Source: Eledone cirrhosa
Lineage: Eukaryota
Reading direction: 5' to 3'
DNA: 64,000 nt
Assembly (NCBI GenBank): GCA_964016885.1
Contig: OZ024745.1
Coordinates: forward strand, 96,658,001-96,722,000
The notes under the pieces were generated by a model. It did not search any database, was not told the DNA's origin, and was given only the letters and a program-made list of their open reading frames with translations. Shown piece by piece: positions 1 through 12,280 of this stretch. Made by a program: the position numbers and the translations under genes. Within the stretch, counting starts at the first letter, position 1, and every line of letters starts with the position of its first letter.

Positions 1-3000
1 GGGCAGGCCACATCCACAATCAGGCACGATCTTTTTTCCTTGTCCAAAACCACCAGGTGAGGTCTATTGTGTTCCTGTTTCTTGTCCGTCTGTATCCTAA
101 AATCCCACAGAATCTTCACCTGATCGTTTTCTATCACCGACTCTGGCTTATGCTCATACCACTTCTCAGAATGTGGTAAATTGTTTACTTTGCATAGGTG
201 CCAGTGGATCACCCTGCCCAGAGCATCATGTCTCCAGCATTTATAGTGAGTCTGGGCTAGGTGTTTACACTCGGATACAATGTGGGCCACAGTCTCCTCT
301 ATCTCTCCACAGATCCTACACAGTGGGCTAGCCTCCTCCTTGTAAATATGGTGTTTCAGCCACTTCGTTTTGAGGGCCTGCTCTTGCGCAGCCATTAGCA
401 TTCCTTCTGTAGCCTTTTTAAGGTCTCCTCTTTTCAACCAGTTCCATGTCTGTGGATCTCTGAATTCAGTTTTCTCAAAGAAGGTACTATGAAGGGATTT
501 TTCATGAAGGCTGCTCTTTCTCCTTGTTGTTATTTCCTCCTTGGACATCCCCTGGTCTATTGTCCTCTCCTTCAGTACAATTCTGAGAATTGGCTCCCTA
601 CTATCAGTCACGTATTTGTGTAGGTTGTTTTTCTCCATCTGAACACAGTCCTCTATGCTGATAAGGCCTTCCACCTTCAGATCTCCTTAAGTAGAGTCTA
701 TCGACATCAATCCTCTTGTGGAACATGTTGTAGATAGTTAATAGCTTCATAGTCTTCCTATCCATTTCCTTTTGTTCAGCAACATTCCATCTCAGAATTC
801 CCGCACTGTACCTAATAATAGACAGAGCTCGGGAATTTACTGCACTTATGGCATTCCTACTGTTCAGATGTGATTTTAATACGCTCCTTACTCTCCGAAT
901 GTATTCAGATCTTATCAATTCCTTCATTTTTTTTTGTTCTTGATGTCATCAGCCTCCAGAACATCTAAATATGTGTATCCTTCTTCATTGTCAACTTCCT
1001 TTATCATCTCACCTGTTGGTACCTGGATTCTGTTGCTTCTGCTCAATTTACCCCTCTTCATCACAAGGACTCCAGACTTACTAATACCAAATTGCATACA
1101 TATATAATTGCTGAAAATACGGAGTGTCAACAAGCACATCCAACTCCTTCTCACTCTTCCCAAAGAGCTTAAGATCGTCCATGAAGAGGAGGTGATTGAT
1201 GGTAAGCTCTCCCTTTCCCAACTTGTATCCTGCTCTCACTTTTCGCAGTATAATGGTCAGGGGCATCAGGGCAAGGACAAACAACAGAGGGGACAGACTA
1301 TCTCCCTGGAAGATACCTCTCTTGATCTTCACGCCTCCCAAGGATTCTCCAGCCGATGATAACTCTGTTTTCCAGGACTTCATACTTTTGCTCAACAACT
1401 GTCTGATGTTATCTGCCACCTTGAAGATCTCTAGGCTTTTGGTGATCCAAGAATGAGGCACCATGTCAAATGCCTTTTTGTAGTCTATCCATCCCATGGC
1501 AAGACCAGTGTGTCTCCTCTTGCAATTCCTCATTACCATCTTATCAATAAGTAACTGGTCCTTTGTCCCACGGGACTTCTTTCGGCATCCTTTCTGTTCG
1601 TCCGGTAACAAGTTGTTTATGTGGAGGTGATGGTAGATTTCCTCAGACACAATGCTTGTTAACAGTTTCCACATTACGGACAGACATGTGATAGGTCTAT
1701 AGTTGGTAACATCATTAGCCTTGATTCAGTCTTTCATTACCAGAACTGTGGTACCTTTTGTCAACCACTCTGGTACCTCACCTGACATCAAGCAATCATT
1801 GAACATGGTTGTCAGTTCGGGTGGAGGGATGTTATATTTTTAATCCAATACCCCTGCACACCATCTGGGCCTGGTGATTTTCAGTTGGTTAGATTTTTGG
1901 CCTCCCCCTTAAGTGTTTCAACTGTGATACTCAAATCAGTTTGTTGGTGTGCCTGTTCACTAATCTCCTTTTGTACTGCCTCAATCCACACTGCCTGATC
2001 ATTATGTTTAACATCCTGCTCCCATATTCCTCTCCAGAATGTTTTAGTTTGTTCCGCCTCAGGGATCAAGTCGTTGCCTCTTTCTTTTCCTTCAAGCTGT
2101 CCAAACAACATCTTCTGGTTGTTGTCAAACATGCGGTTCTGTCTATACTGACTGACTCTGCTCTCGTATCGCCTAATTTTTGCACTCTTTGCTACAATGC
2201 GTTGCTTCAGTTCCTCTATGATAATATTTAGCTTTTTCCTCCTAGTTTTGTACTTTATTTCCAGTCTATTTTTAGTGTCTATGTTTTTTAGCGTCCCATT
2301 CAGTAGGGATTCAAGCTTTCCAATGTCATTTCTCATTTCCTTGATTTGACTATTCAGTCGTTTCTTCCACCAAGGTTCTGATCTTTCTTGTTTGTTGTTT
2401 CCTCTCGCTTTTATGCCAAGTAATTTCCTCACCGCATTTGCTGTTGCTTTGAAGATATTGTTGCACTGGTGAAGGCTCCTCACCTCAAGGTATGGGATGA
2501 CTTTGTTTACGTTAGCTGTTGTTTCTTTTAACTTTTTCCTGTCTAAAAATCTTAGGTTCATAGGTTTTCCACTATCATTGTTCATTTCATCTACCACTAA
2601 GTTTAGGATATGAACCAAATCTTGTCCTAGCCCGTCAGCATTTATTTCCTCAATGGCCGTATCTTTATTCCAGGTATTATTCATTTCAGCATTCAGATCA
2701 TTGTCAGATCATCCGTTCTCTCAACCTCTTCACCTTCATTTCCTACTGGCTCGTTTGCCTGGCATACTCCACTCTCCATTTCCAACCTAATCTCTCTGCT
2801 CAGTTCCTCCAGTTCCAGCTCGCTTATCCACCCATTAGTTCTTATTACCCGAGCCTGCCCGGCCAATTTTTTTTCATCTAATTTAAATAGACCAATCTCG
2901 TTCCAGATGTTATGCATCCGTTTCCTATAGCCTTTTTCCTTGGGGTTACTCTTCAGGTAACATTGCATAACAGCTCTATTCAATTCTTTCGTCCAGTTGG

Positions 3001-3260
3001 TTCTGGTCCCTTTCCTTCTTCCTCTTCCTCCAACACCAGCAGTATTTGGATGACAGCCAGGTCCCTGCTGCTGGGCCAAGGAGCACCTGCTGGGTGAGAG
3101 TCTGTCACATGACATTCCAGTCTTCACTTCACCGTTATTCGAACTGTTTAACACATTTAAGTACTCATATCGAGGATTGGTGAATGTATGGTTACATAAC
3201 TACCAGTGATTTCATGACTCCCGGTGATTTTAGCGTGGCACCATCACGCTGTAGACGAAC
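1..3260 (-). mobile_element. Degenerate R4/Dong-clade non-LTR retrotransposon (Myb-like N-terminus, RT, CCHC/RLE); runs off the window at its 3' end
   Basis: ORF pieces 2693-3154 (WTKELNRAVMQCY..GYRKRMHNIW), 1881-2684, 1081-1674 ([39 protein letters not shown]), 924-1163 and 604-927. Bases 1-400 minus encode CRIC..H..C, RH and PDC motifs. Several stops and frameshifts. Confidence 0.9.
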
Positions 3261-4045
3261 ATAAATAAACAAACAAACAAATAGATAAAAACACCAAAAA
3301 ACAAAAACAACAAAAACAAACACAAGTTTCATTGTAATGTTTGAATGTCTGACTTAGTTTTTCTTTCCCTTTTCTCCCCTCTTTGTTTGTTTTTCTCCTT
3401 TGCGTTTTTCGTTTTACAAGGCCAGTAACATCGGTTACTAGTGTTGTTGTTGCTGCTGCTGCTAAGGGAAGTAGGGGTTATTGTGTTCAAAACTTTTGAA
3501 ACCCGTGTCCGTTGTTGCGTTTGCTTCTGTCTGTGTTCTGTTCTATAATTTTTCGACTATAATTTTTTCTATAATTTTTTTCCCTTTCATCCCTACGTGG
3601 CCGACACCACAAATCACCTGCAACACACCGGGACAATTGCTGGCCCCGTGCCAAAAGCGGAAGCACTTATTATTATGATATTATAGTTTAGATTATTATT
3701 ATATTATAGTTTAGATTTGACATCGTTTAAACTAAACATTTTGAGAGAGTTTAGAGATATAACAACATAATTATTTTGGTGTTGTTGTTGTTGTTGTTGT
3801 TAGCTGTTTGACCGAGTCACTAACCCAGTCTATTTATATCTTTTGATACCTTCATCGCTTCTTTTCGTGTGTAGCGGCACCACCACCCCTCTCTTAAGTA
3901 GTGAGGGAATAGTGGCGGTAGCGATGATGCAGTGGCGACGGTGGCGATGCGGCAGCAGTACTATAGGGATGGTGCCGGTCTGTATTTGGCTAGATTTTTT
4001 TTGGTAGTGGTGATGGCGATGACGAAAATCAACTAGCCAATCTCT

Positions 4046-4979
4046 TTGGAAGAACTTTCGGGCCGGGGCCTATGGATAACTTCCAGAAATCCCTGGCCTG
4101 GCAGTGCTACCGAGGAGCTTTGCCAGTTCGGGATAAACTCTACAGGTATCGAGGTGCCGTCAGCCGGGCATGTCCGAGATGCGCACAGGGCGACGAAACC
4201 GTCCTGCATGCACTCGTCCAGTGTCCGAGCATTGCTGACTTATGGGTTTATGTCGAACACCTGCTGTCGCGTGTAGAACGGATCCGACTATCAGCTGAGT
4301 CCATCGTGAGGATTGCCCCGCCCTCTTCCTTTAGCCCGGAAGGGCAGGCAGTTTTTATCTGTCTGGTCGCCATGGCGAAAGAGATAGTATGGTGGACACG
4401 TTTGAAAGGGCTGAAGACGAGCACTTACCTCTTCGGTGATGCCCTGATTAACTTTTTCAAATTTCATTTGAAAAGGAAAATCAGAGTAGAGAGGAGGTGT
4501 TCTCTTCCCAGCTTTTTGTTGAAAGATGGGTGAGAGAAGCAAGAATGGCCCGAGTGAATGGGCCCTACTCTGAGTATGTGTCTGTAAATTAAAGGTGGAA
4601 AACTGAGAGAGGGCACTTGCCCTGGTGGTCAGGGTCACTGTGGCCTTTTAATGGGCTTTCTCCACAAATGTCCCTCCGAAGTCTCCCCCCTATTGTGGAA
4701 TTTTTCATTGTTATTTTTATTACATCCTCTGTTTTTGTTTTTTTACACGCAGAAATGCCCATTTGTACCGTCCTGTATTGTCTTGTACTGTCCTTAATGT
4801 CTACTTCATGTAAACCCTTGTGGTTAATAAAGAAAGTATTATTATTATTATTTAATTTTTTTTGTTACATCCTCTGTTTTTGTTTTTTACACGCAGAAAT
4901 GCCCATTTGTACCGTCCTGTATTGTCCTGTACTGTCCTTAATGTCTACTTTATGTAAACCCTTGTGGTTAATAAAGAAA

Positions 4980-5048
<69 letters not shown>
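4046..5048 (+). mobile_element. 5'-truncated Tx1/L1-clade LINE 3' end (zf-RVT region) with duplicated 3' UTR and (TTA)n tail
   Basis: ORF 4072-4533 (AWQCYRGALPVRDKL..CPRC..DETVLHALVQC) is homologous to the 11030-11989 ORF. AATAAA is followed by (TTA)n. Confidence 0.85.
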
Positions 5049-5049
<1 letters not shown>

Positions 5050-5229
5050 CCCCTTGATAATGGATGGAAATCCAAAAATATTTCGGATCATTAAAAATTA
5101 GTAAGGTAACTTTCATCGTTCTCACTCTTTTATTTTACTTCATTGTTCTTTTGATTCTTTTACTTTCTTATTACTTTGGCATTTTTACCAAACACGCATT
5201 GTCGGGCTTCCAAATAAACAAACTAATTC

Positions 5230-5865
5230 TGGCAGAATCGGTATCGTCGGACAACAAGCTTTGCGGCATAGAGGTACTGCCTTTTACGTTCTGAGTTCAT
5301 TAGTTCATTAGGTTAGCTTTGTCTTTCATTCTTACCGGGTCAATGAAATAAAGAACCAGTAATGCACTGGGGGTCGTTCAATAGACTTTCCCTCCCCACC
5401 AAAATTGCAGACCTTGTGCCTATATAAGAAATCATTATTATTATTGTACAAGAGGGCAGTGATTTGGCAGTATCGGTAGAGGGTCGGACAACAGGCTTTG
5501 CAGCACAGAGTTACGCCCCTTTCTGATCTGAGTTCAAATCCTGCCGAGGTTAACTTTGCCTTTCATCCTTACAGGGTCGATAAAATAAAGTACCAGTAAT
5601 GCTCTGGGATAATTGCTGGCCTTGTGTCAAATGTAGAAACAATTATTATTATTGTACAATGGCGGTGGATTGGCAGTATCGGTAGATGGTCGGACGCCAT
5701 GCTCTGACGTATAGAGTTACGGCCCTTGCCATTCTGAGTTCAAATCCCGCCTTTCATCCTTTCGGGGTCGATAAAATAAAGTACCAGTCACGTACTGTAG
5801 TCGATTCAATCGACTTTCCCCTCACCCAAAATTGCTGGCCTTGTGCCTATATAAGAAACCATTAT
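5230..5865 (+). mobile_element. Three head-to-tail copies of a tRNA-related SINE (family A)
   Basis: Repeated unit TGGCAGTATCGGTAGA..GAGTTCAAATCC..TTTGCCTTTCATCC..GGGTCGATAAAATAAAGTACCAG..GGCCTTGTG..(ATT)n at ~5230, ~5455 and ~5660. Confidence 0.8.
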
Positions 5866-5979
5866 CGTACATGTAGGTGGTAATGGTATATTATTATATT
5901 GCTTAGTCCTCTTTCTGTGTCGGTGGTGCTGTAGTTGATTTTATTCATAAAATAAATTGTGGAACATATATATGCTTGG

Positions 5980-6310
5980 GGTGAAAGCGCGCGGCTTAAT
6001 GTGTATGGTGTTCAGTTCCCGATCGTAAAGTCATGAGTTCGAATCCCGGCAACACTTTGTGATCTTGAGTAAGACACTTTAATCGGTGTTGTTCCATTCA
6101 ACTTAGTTGGTTAAAATAAGTTGTACCTGTAATTCAAAAGGCCAGCCTTATTAGATATTGTGTCACGCCGAATCCTCATGAGAACTTCGTTAAGTATACA
6201 CGTGCTTGTGGAATTCTCAGCCGCTTGCATGTTAATTTTACCAATAGGCTGTTCCAATAATGCAACAACTAGGACACTGGTTGTCGAAGCCGTTGGAAGT
6301 CCAACAACCT
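5980..6310 (+). mobile_element. tRNA-derived SINE (family B)
   Basis: A-box-like GGCTTAATGTG and B-box GAGTTCGAATCCC. The body CTTGAG.AAGACACTT is shared with copies at 27835 and 29135. Confidence 0.65.
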
Positions 6311-6454
6311 GAATGTATGCATGTAAGTATGTATGTATATTTGTATGTTTGTATGTATGTATGTATGTTTGTATGTTTGTATGCATGTAAGTATGTATGT
6401 ATATTTGTATGTTTGTATGTATGTATGTTTGTGTGTTTGTATGTATGTATGTAT

Positions 6455-6863
6455 GGGAGAGATGACCCCTTAGCCTTTGTCAAGGCAGAATTCTAGGAGA
6501 AGGAAAACTCTGATATAACACCTGCAACTCTGATGGTATCCAATGATGTTGACTTATTCTTCTTTTTGGTAAATATCATCTTGGTTAAGAGAGTGGGACT
6601 GGCTTTGTGCAGTGCCTTTGTTCACTATAAAAGCTTCACGGCACAGACATTGCTTTATATCTGGAGATCTCTCTGCACTTGTCGTCACATGGTACCATGG
6701 ACCCAGCACTATATGTCAATAATTGTCACAAGTGTAGTGTTTGTACCAGAGTTTTCAAGTCGCTGGCTGGACTAAAAAGTCACACTCGTTCAGCGCATCA
6801 GTAGCGGTTCTCCTACATGGATATAAAATAGTGGCCGTACTCGAAAACGAGTTGGCAGCCACC
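6455..6863 (+). mobile_element. Non-autonomous RTE-derived retroposon, copy 1, with (ATGT)n tail
   Basis: Near-identical to 50978-51384, 55283-55691 and 56924-57328. The 3' end GGCCGTACTCGAAAACGAGTTGGCAGCCACC resembles the RTE 3' end at ~52742-52775. Confidence 0.85.
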
Positions 6864-7377
6864 TTGTATGTATGTATGTATGTATGTATGTATGTATGTA
6901 TGTATGTATGTTTGTATATTTGTATGTATGGGTGGATGGATGGATGGATGTTTGTATGTATGTATGTATGTATATATGTATGTATATTTGTATGTCGTAT
7001 GTATGTATGTATGTATGTTTGTATGTTTGTTTGTTTGTATGTACGGGTGGATGGATGGATGGATGCTTGCTTCCCAATTGCAATTAATTGAAAAATATAT
7101 GTAAATAACACGAAGGAAATTTATCAATCATCTTTGTAATGTTGTAAATGCTGTTGATGTTGTTCAATGTCCCACTGAAAGTAATACTGATTTTAAGGTA
7201 TTTAGTATTTATGAAAATGTGCTGAACCGGAAGTTATTAAAAGTAAGACGAGAAGTATAAGTGCGCATAGCCGAGCGGAAATAGTTGCAGTTTACTTTAC
7301 TAATTATATACCTCTTTTTTCACAGCCTCTCTTCCCCCCCCCCCCTCTCTCTCGCTGTCCCCCCTCTCTCTCTTAGC

Positions 7378-7409
<32 letters not shown>

Positions 7410-7413
<4 letters not shown>

Positions 7414-7772
7414 GTGAAAAGATAACAAGGACGATTGGCTACTCGTTCATTACATTTATTCGTTTGTGACGCGCGTATCGCCACTGATCAGCTCAAGGTT
7501 CGATCTGTATCGATGTTACCCGACTCTATAATCCGCGGCTCGTCGGACCCCTTGTAATGTCAGGTAAGATCGATACAGATCGAACATTGAGCTGGTCAGA
7601 GGCGAAACGCGTGTCACCAACCAATAAATGTAATGAAGGAGTAACCAATTGTCCTTGTTATCTTTTCACTATAATAAACTCTGTATAGCTCTACACCTTG
7701 ACACTGAAGTGAACCTAAAGATCGAGTGCTCAGCCGGGTAAACCTACAGTAACTCCAAGTTACACTCCCTGG
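7410..7772 (+). mobile_element. Palindromic Penelope-like pseudo-LTR remnant in (TA)n
   Basis: Inverted arms ~7410-7524 and ~7559-7673. Hammerhead parts: GGC-GAAA-CGCGTG-TC-ACC (+) and CCGACGA-GCC (-). AACTC..GAGTGCT motif, then a tail. Confidence 0.7.
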
Positions 7773-7777
7773 ATATA

Positions 7778-7826
<49 letters not shown>

Positions 7827-8097
7827 ATGCTTTGGGAGGGTCATGTTGTCAATAAGAAACACACGCACCAGTCGCTTTCACTTCAATTTATTATAAATTA
7901 AATTTATAAATTTAAGAATTTATAAATTTCCGGTTGGTTGGTTGGTTCCACAACCAGACGATTGTTCATATAATGTCAAAGTTCTTTCGTCACACATTCT
8001 TTGACCTCTTCAGTGACTGGGGATTCTTTTCTTTGTTTTTGTGCCTCCTGTCTTTTGTTCTGTCCTACGCCATCTTGTTTTTTCAAATTCAGAAACG

Positions 8098-8136
<39 letters not shown>

Positions 8137-8778
8137 TTTGTGGGTGTGTGTAAAGAAAGTGGTTAACTTGAGAAGCATTGGGAAAATTAGAATTATGTCC
8201 ACCTCTAAGCAAATGACCATAGAAATAGTCGATCACTATAAATAATAGTTGAGATAATCGTGAAGGAGGAAAAATGTGAACATAGACGCCTACGAGGAAC
8301 CGAACTCATCATTGTCAAAATAGATGACCAGCTTTCTTACATACTGTGCCACACTGAATCTCCCTGAAAATTACGTAAAGATTACATTGGTCTTCGTAAG
8401 GATCATCCAATTACACGTAGACTTCGTGAGCAATCCATTCCCTTGATCGAACAACTGGAATACTCGTCGAAACCGATGGAGGTCCGTCAATTTTTGGTCA
8501 TATCTGACAAAAGCTAGATCGTCATACCTGGAGCATTTTTTATCAGAAGTCTGCTGAGTCTAGACTGATATGGTTGATACTAAACAACTCATGTTCCTAT
8601 GTCACATAAAGCTGAAAACTGGAAAACAAATATTAATCAATGTATTCTCCACCCTGTCAGCCGGAACCCAGAGGCAGAGGGTAAGTTAGTTGTAAGTGGA
8701 GGATACTCGTTTGTACGTCACTTCCTCTCTATTTCTTTAAAACTATAATGTGGTCGTGTAGGTAACACGGTAAAAAGC

Positions 8779-8959
8779 TCCCAGTCCACACTGTAAATGT
8801 GGTTGGTGTTAGAAAGGGCATCCAGCCGTAGAAACCTGCCAGATAGTCCTATACGAGCGAGACATGGTCACCCGACCATTCTTGCCTTAAGTGGGACAAT
8901 TCCCGTCTAACCGATGCTAGCATGGAAGATAGACGTTAAACGATGATGATGATGATGAT
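8779..8959 (+). mobile_element. SINE/LINE 3' fragment with (GAT)n tail (family C)
   Basis: GGTTGGTGTTAGAAAGGGCATCCAGCCGTAGAAACC..CATGGAAGATAGACGTTAAAC(GAT)n; recognised as a common octopus SINE 3' region. Confidence 0.55.
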
Positions 8960-8984
8960 TTATACAAGCTCCCTGGACACCTTC

Positions 8985-9150
8985 ACTTTGAACGACCTCA
9001 AGGGGGCCTTCCAGAAGTGGTTGGAGCGCTACAATAAGTACATTGACATCGAAAGATCCTACTTTGAGGGAAATTTGAGGTTTATGTTGATCTGAGTGAA
9101 ATAAATGTCTCTGATAAAATTCTCAAAACCTCTTGAGTGTACCTCGTATA
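8985..9150 (+). mobile_element. Tc1/mariner 3' end remnant
   Basis: Translates AFQKWLERYNKYIDIERSYFEG (mariner transposase C-terminus) and ends in TIR-like ..GTACCTCG followed by TA. Confidence 0.7.
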
Positions 9151-9559
9151 TACTTTCCAATCACACACTCGCAGTGTGTGGTAATTTTAATCACTTAGTT
9201 TATAAAATTTGATTTTTTTTTTTGTTGCTGAAACATTTGTATTCACTGTAATTATATATAATTTAGAATATGTTGATCAATTAACTAAATGAATTTTGTT
9301 CTTTAAAAATATCCATTATATATTATTGTTGATGTTCCCAAATGAGACATGTGTGTAGATATGTGTGTATTAGTCTATGTTTTTGTATGAACACAGAAAC
9401 ACGCATTTATAGATATAGATATATACCTATATATATAGATATATACATATATACATATATATATATATGTATATAACTTTCTTTATATATATATATACAT
9501 ATAGGCACACAGGCATACACATACGCTCACAAATACACACATATATATATATATATATA

Positions 9560-9615
<56 letters not shown>

Positions 9616-9806
9616 TGTATGCATATAGTCATGGGAGTTTGCAAACCATCTAGATATAAATGGATGGATATCATATGACAGTGGGTCTATGGGCGTGCGG
9701 AGTGTATATACATTGTTACTGTAGGGCTTGATAATTGCACATCATTATCAAGAGTGAAAGAGAAACAGTGAGAGGAGGAAAAGAAAAGAGAGCCATAAGG
9801 AGAGGC

Positions 9807-9845
<39 letters not shown>

Positions 9846-10444
9846 AAAAGTGAAAGAGAGAGAGGGGGGAAAAGTGAAAGAGAGAGAGAGAGAGAGAGAC
9901 AGAGCGTGTGTATATATGACTAAATTGAAACATGAATTGTATTTCGAAATGAGTGGGTAGTTGGTGTTATATAGACATACATTGCAACGTATATAGATAG
10001 GTAGATCGATATTTATTCTTATTTTCACTTTTATCCTCCTTTATATTTTACCTTATTCTTACTTTTATACCTTATTATAGTGTAATCTTCCCCATGCCTT
10101 ATTATACATTACTAATTATAGATTATTATTATTACTCTTTTTCCATTTCTAATTACCTCATGTACTTTCTCCTCCGTTATATATATATTGTATACCCTTT
10201 GTGTGTGTGTAGCCTCTGCACACCCTCTGCACCATACTATCGACGCCACCCCATCTATGGTTCAGCTAACCACTCGACTCCCGGGAATGAATATGACCGC
10301 AGCTAGTAAACAAGGACCCACACCCCACCCTCCCGCACCAAAATTAAACTTATCGTCCCCTACTTTTGCTCTTTACTCTCTTTACTCTTTGTTCTTGAAT
10401 GTTCGGTTGGTAGAGTCCATAACACCAATCAAACCCCTTTTATA

Positions 10445-10489
10445 GCTCTGACGAATCCTACGGTTACGTAAGGAAGAAACATTGTAAGC
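10445..10489 (+). ncRNA. Minimal type-I hammerhead ribozyme (Penelope-like element 3' region)
   Basis: GCT-CTGACGA-[ATCCTACG GTTA CGTAAGGAA]-GAAA-CATTG-TA-AGC: intact core, GUA triplet, stem I GCT/AGC, followed by AATAAA and (TA)n. Confidence 0.75.
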
Positions 10490-10617
10490 CAATAAAAATC
10501 TTTTGATGTTGTAGACGTTCTTGTGTTCTTTATCATATATATATATATATATATATATGTTGGTAGGTAGATAGGAAGGTAGCTAAGTGGCTAGGTAAGT
10601 AGCTAGCTAGCTAGATA

Positions 10618-12280
10618 AATTTCTTTATTAGCCACAAGGGCACAAAAGAAAGGGACAAATACAAATGGGGAGTTTACATACAGGTATATGAAAATAAAAC
10701 TATTAATAAAATAACAAATAACAGTTGAAATCCCCAATAGGGGGGAGGCATTACACAGGGGTTGTACACACCTCGAAAAAATGTACAACCCTCGTCTCCA
10801 GGAGCACCAAGAGAGAGTACTCCCTCCCACTCTTCCTCTTTTTCCTCAACCTACAGGCTTATATAGAGAGAAGGGCCATCTTTGCCACATTCACCCACCT
10901 TTTATAAAATTTGCTGGGGTACAGCACCTCTCTCTCCATCCTGATTCTTCTTCCAAAATGATATTTGAAAAAACGAATCAGTTGCTCGCCGGAGAGAAAG
11001 GTGTCTGACCTCAGCCCTTTTAACCTCGTCTACCATATAACCTCTTTCACCATAGCCATAACACATAGGAAAACCGCCTCTCCCTCGTTTTTGAAAGAGG
11101 GTGGCGGTTTGATCATGACAGTGGACTCGGTGGTCAACCGGATTGGTCTCACCCGCGACAATAGTCGTTCTACATAGCCCCACAGGTCGGTAACGCCCGG
11201 GCAGTGTAAAAATGCGTGCGCGACTTTTTCCTCGTCGCGCACGTATCTCGGACAGATCTTTTTCGAAGGGTCTTTGCCCGGGCGCCCGTGTCTGTAGAGC
11301 TTGTCTCGAACTGGTAGAGCTCCTCGGTAGCACTGCCAGGCCAGGGACCTTTGGAAGTTGTCCATTGGTCCCAGGCGGAAGGTCCTACCGAATAGACTGG
11401 CCAGTTCGTCCTCCTCTACGCCCAGAGTTTCCCCAAGAACGTCGTCGCACTTGCTGCGGACCAACCCTCTATACAATGTCGAAGTGGAGTCTCCACTGAT
11501 CGCCGGGTCCGTTTGCCTGAGGACTGTGAGCGCCTGAGCACATTCGATGTGCCAGTCGCCCATTTTCCTCGGTCTTTGCTTGACCCAGGACTGCAGCTCG
11601 GTCAGCGAGACGAGTCGTGGGAAGGCTCGCCTCACGAATGGGGCCCACACCGTTTGTCCGGTGAGGAATACGTGGAGGTGCCGCAGCCTGAGCGCTTGTT
11701 TGCGCATCGTCAGCCACGGCATCCCCAGCCCTCCATTTGAAGGGTGTTGGCAGCAGATGGATTTTCTCAACAAAGGAGCCCGTTTCTTCCAAAGGAATTG
11801 GAAGAACACGCGCTCCATTTTGGTGAGAGTTTTGGCTGGACAAGGTACGGCGGTCAAGCGGTAGTAGATGACGGACGCTATAAAAGTGTTGGCTACCTCC
11901 GCTCGACCTTTCAAGGATAGTTTGCACTCGGCCCACTTCTGGGTGAGCGCAAACACCTTGGCCGTCACCTCATTCCAGTTCTTCTCCACCTGGAGGTCCG
12001 GACCAAACCAGACCCCGAGCAGCTTTACCGGTCTTTCCGTCGAGCGTCAGACGTCGCTATCGGCAGGCATCGGTTTGCCTCTCCACGTTCCGAGTTGCAA
12101 ACCGACGGATTTGTCCCGGTTCAGCTTCGCTCCTGTGAAACTTTCGTATTCCTCCAGTAAGGTGCCGACCTCCCCGATTTGCGAGGTGCTCGACACCATT
12201 ACTGTCACGTCGCTGGCGTAGGCCGACGCCGCTTTACGCAGTCCCGGTTCCAAAGGGATGCCCTTCAATAGCTCCACCGC
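10618..12280 (-). mobile_element. 5'-truncated Tx1/L1-clade LINE with 9-bp target-site duplication
   Basis: ORFs 12047-12277 (ASAYASDVTV, degenerate YADD) and 11030-11989 (LSLKGRAEV, GGLGMP, zf-RVT). AATAAA at the 3' end. AGCTAGATA at 10609-10617 and 12281-12289. Confidence 0.88.

Noticed and set aside
3219-3232. 14-mer AAAATCACCGGGAG shared between the R4 5' UTR (minus) and 50969-50982
   Set aside because: A 14-bp match is expected by chance in a window this size, and there is no flanking similarity.
6533-6775. Recurrent ~80-aa ORF MVSNDVDLFFF as a small gene family
   Set aside because: It lies inside the repeated RTE-derived element and the stop position varies between copies.
7822-8100. 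Possible further hammerhead (minus CTGAAGA..GAAA)
   Set aside because: Stem I cannot be formed.
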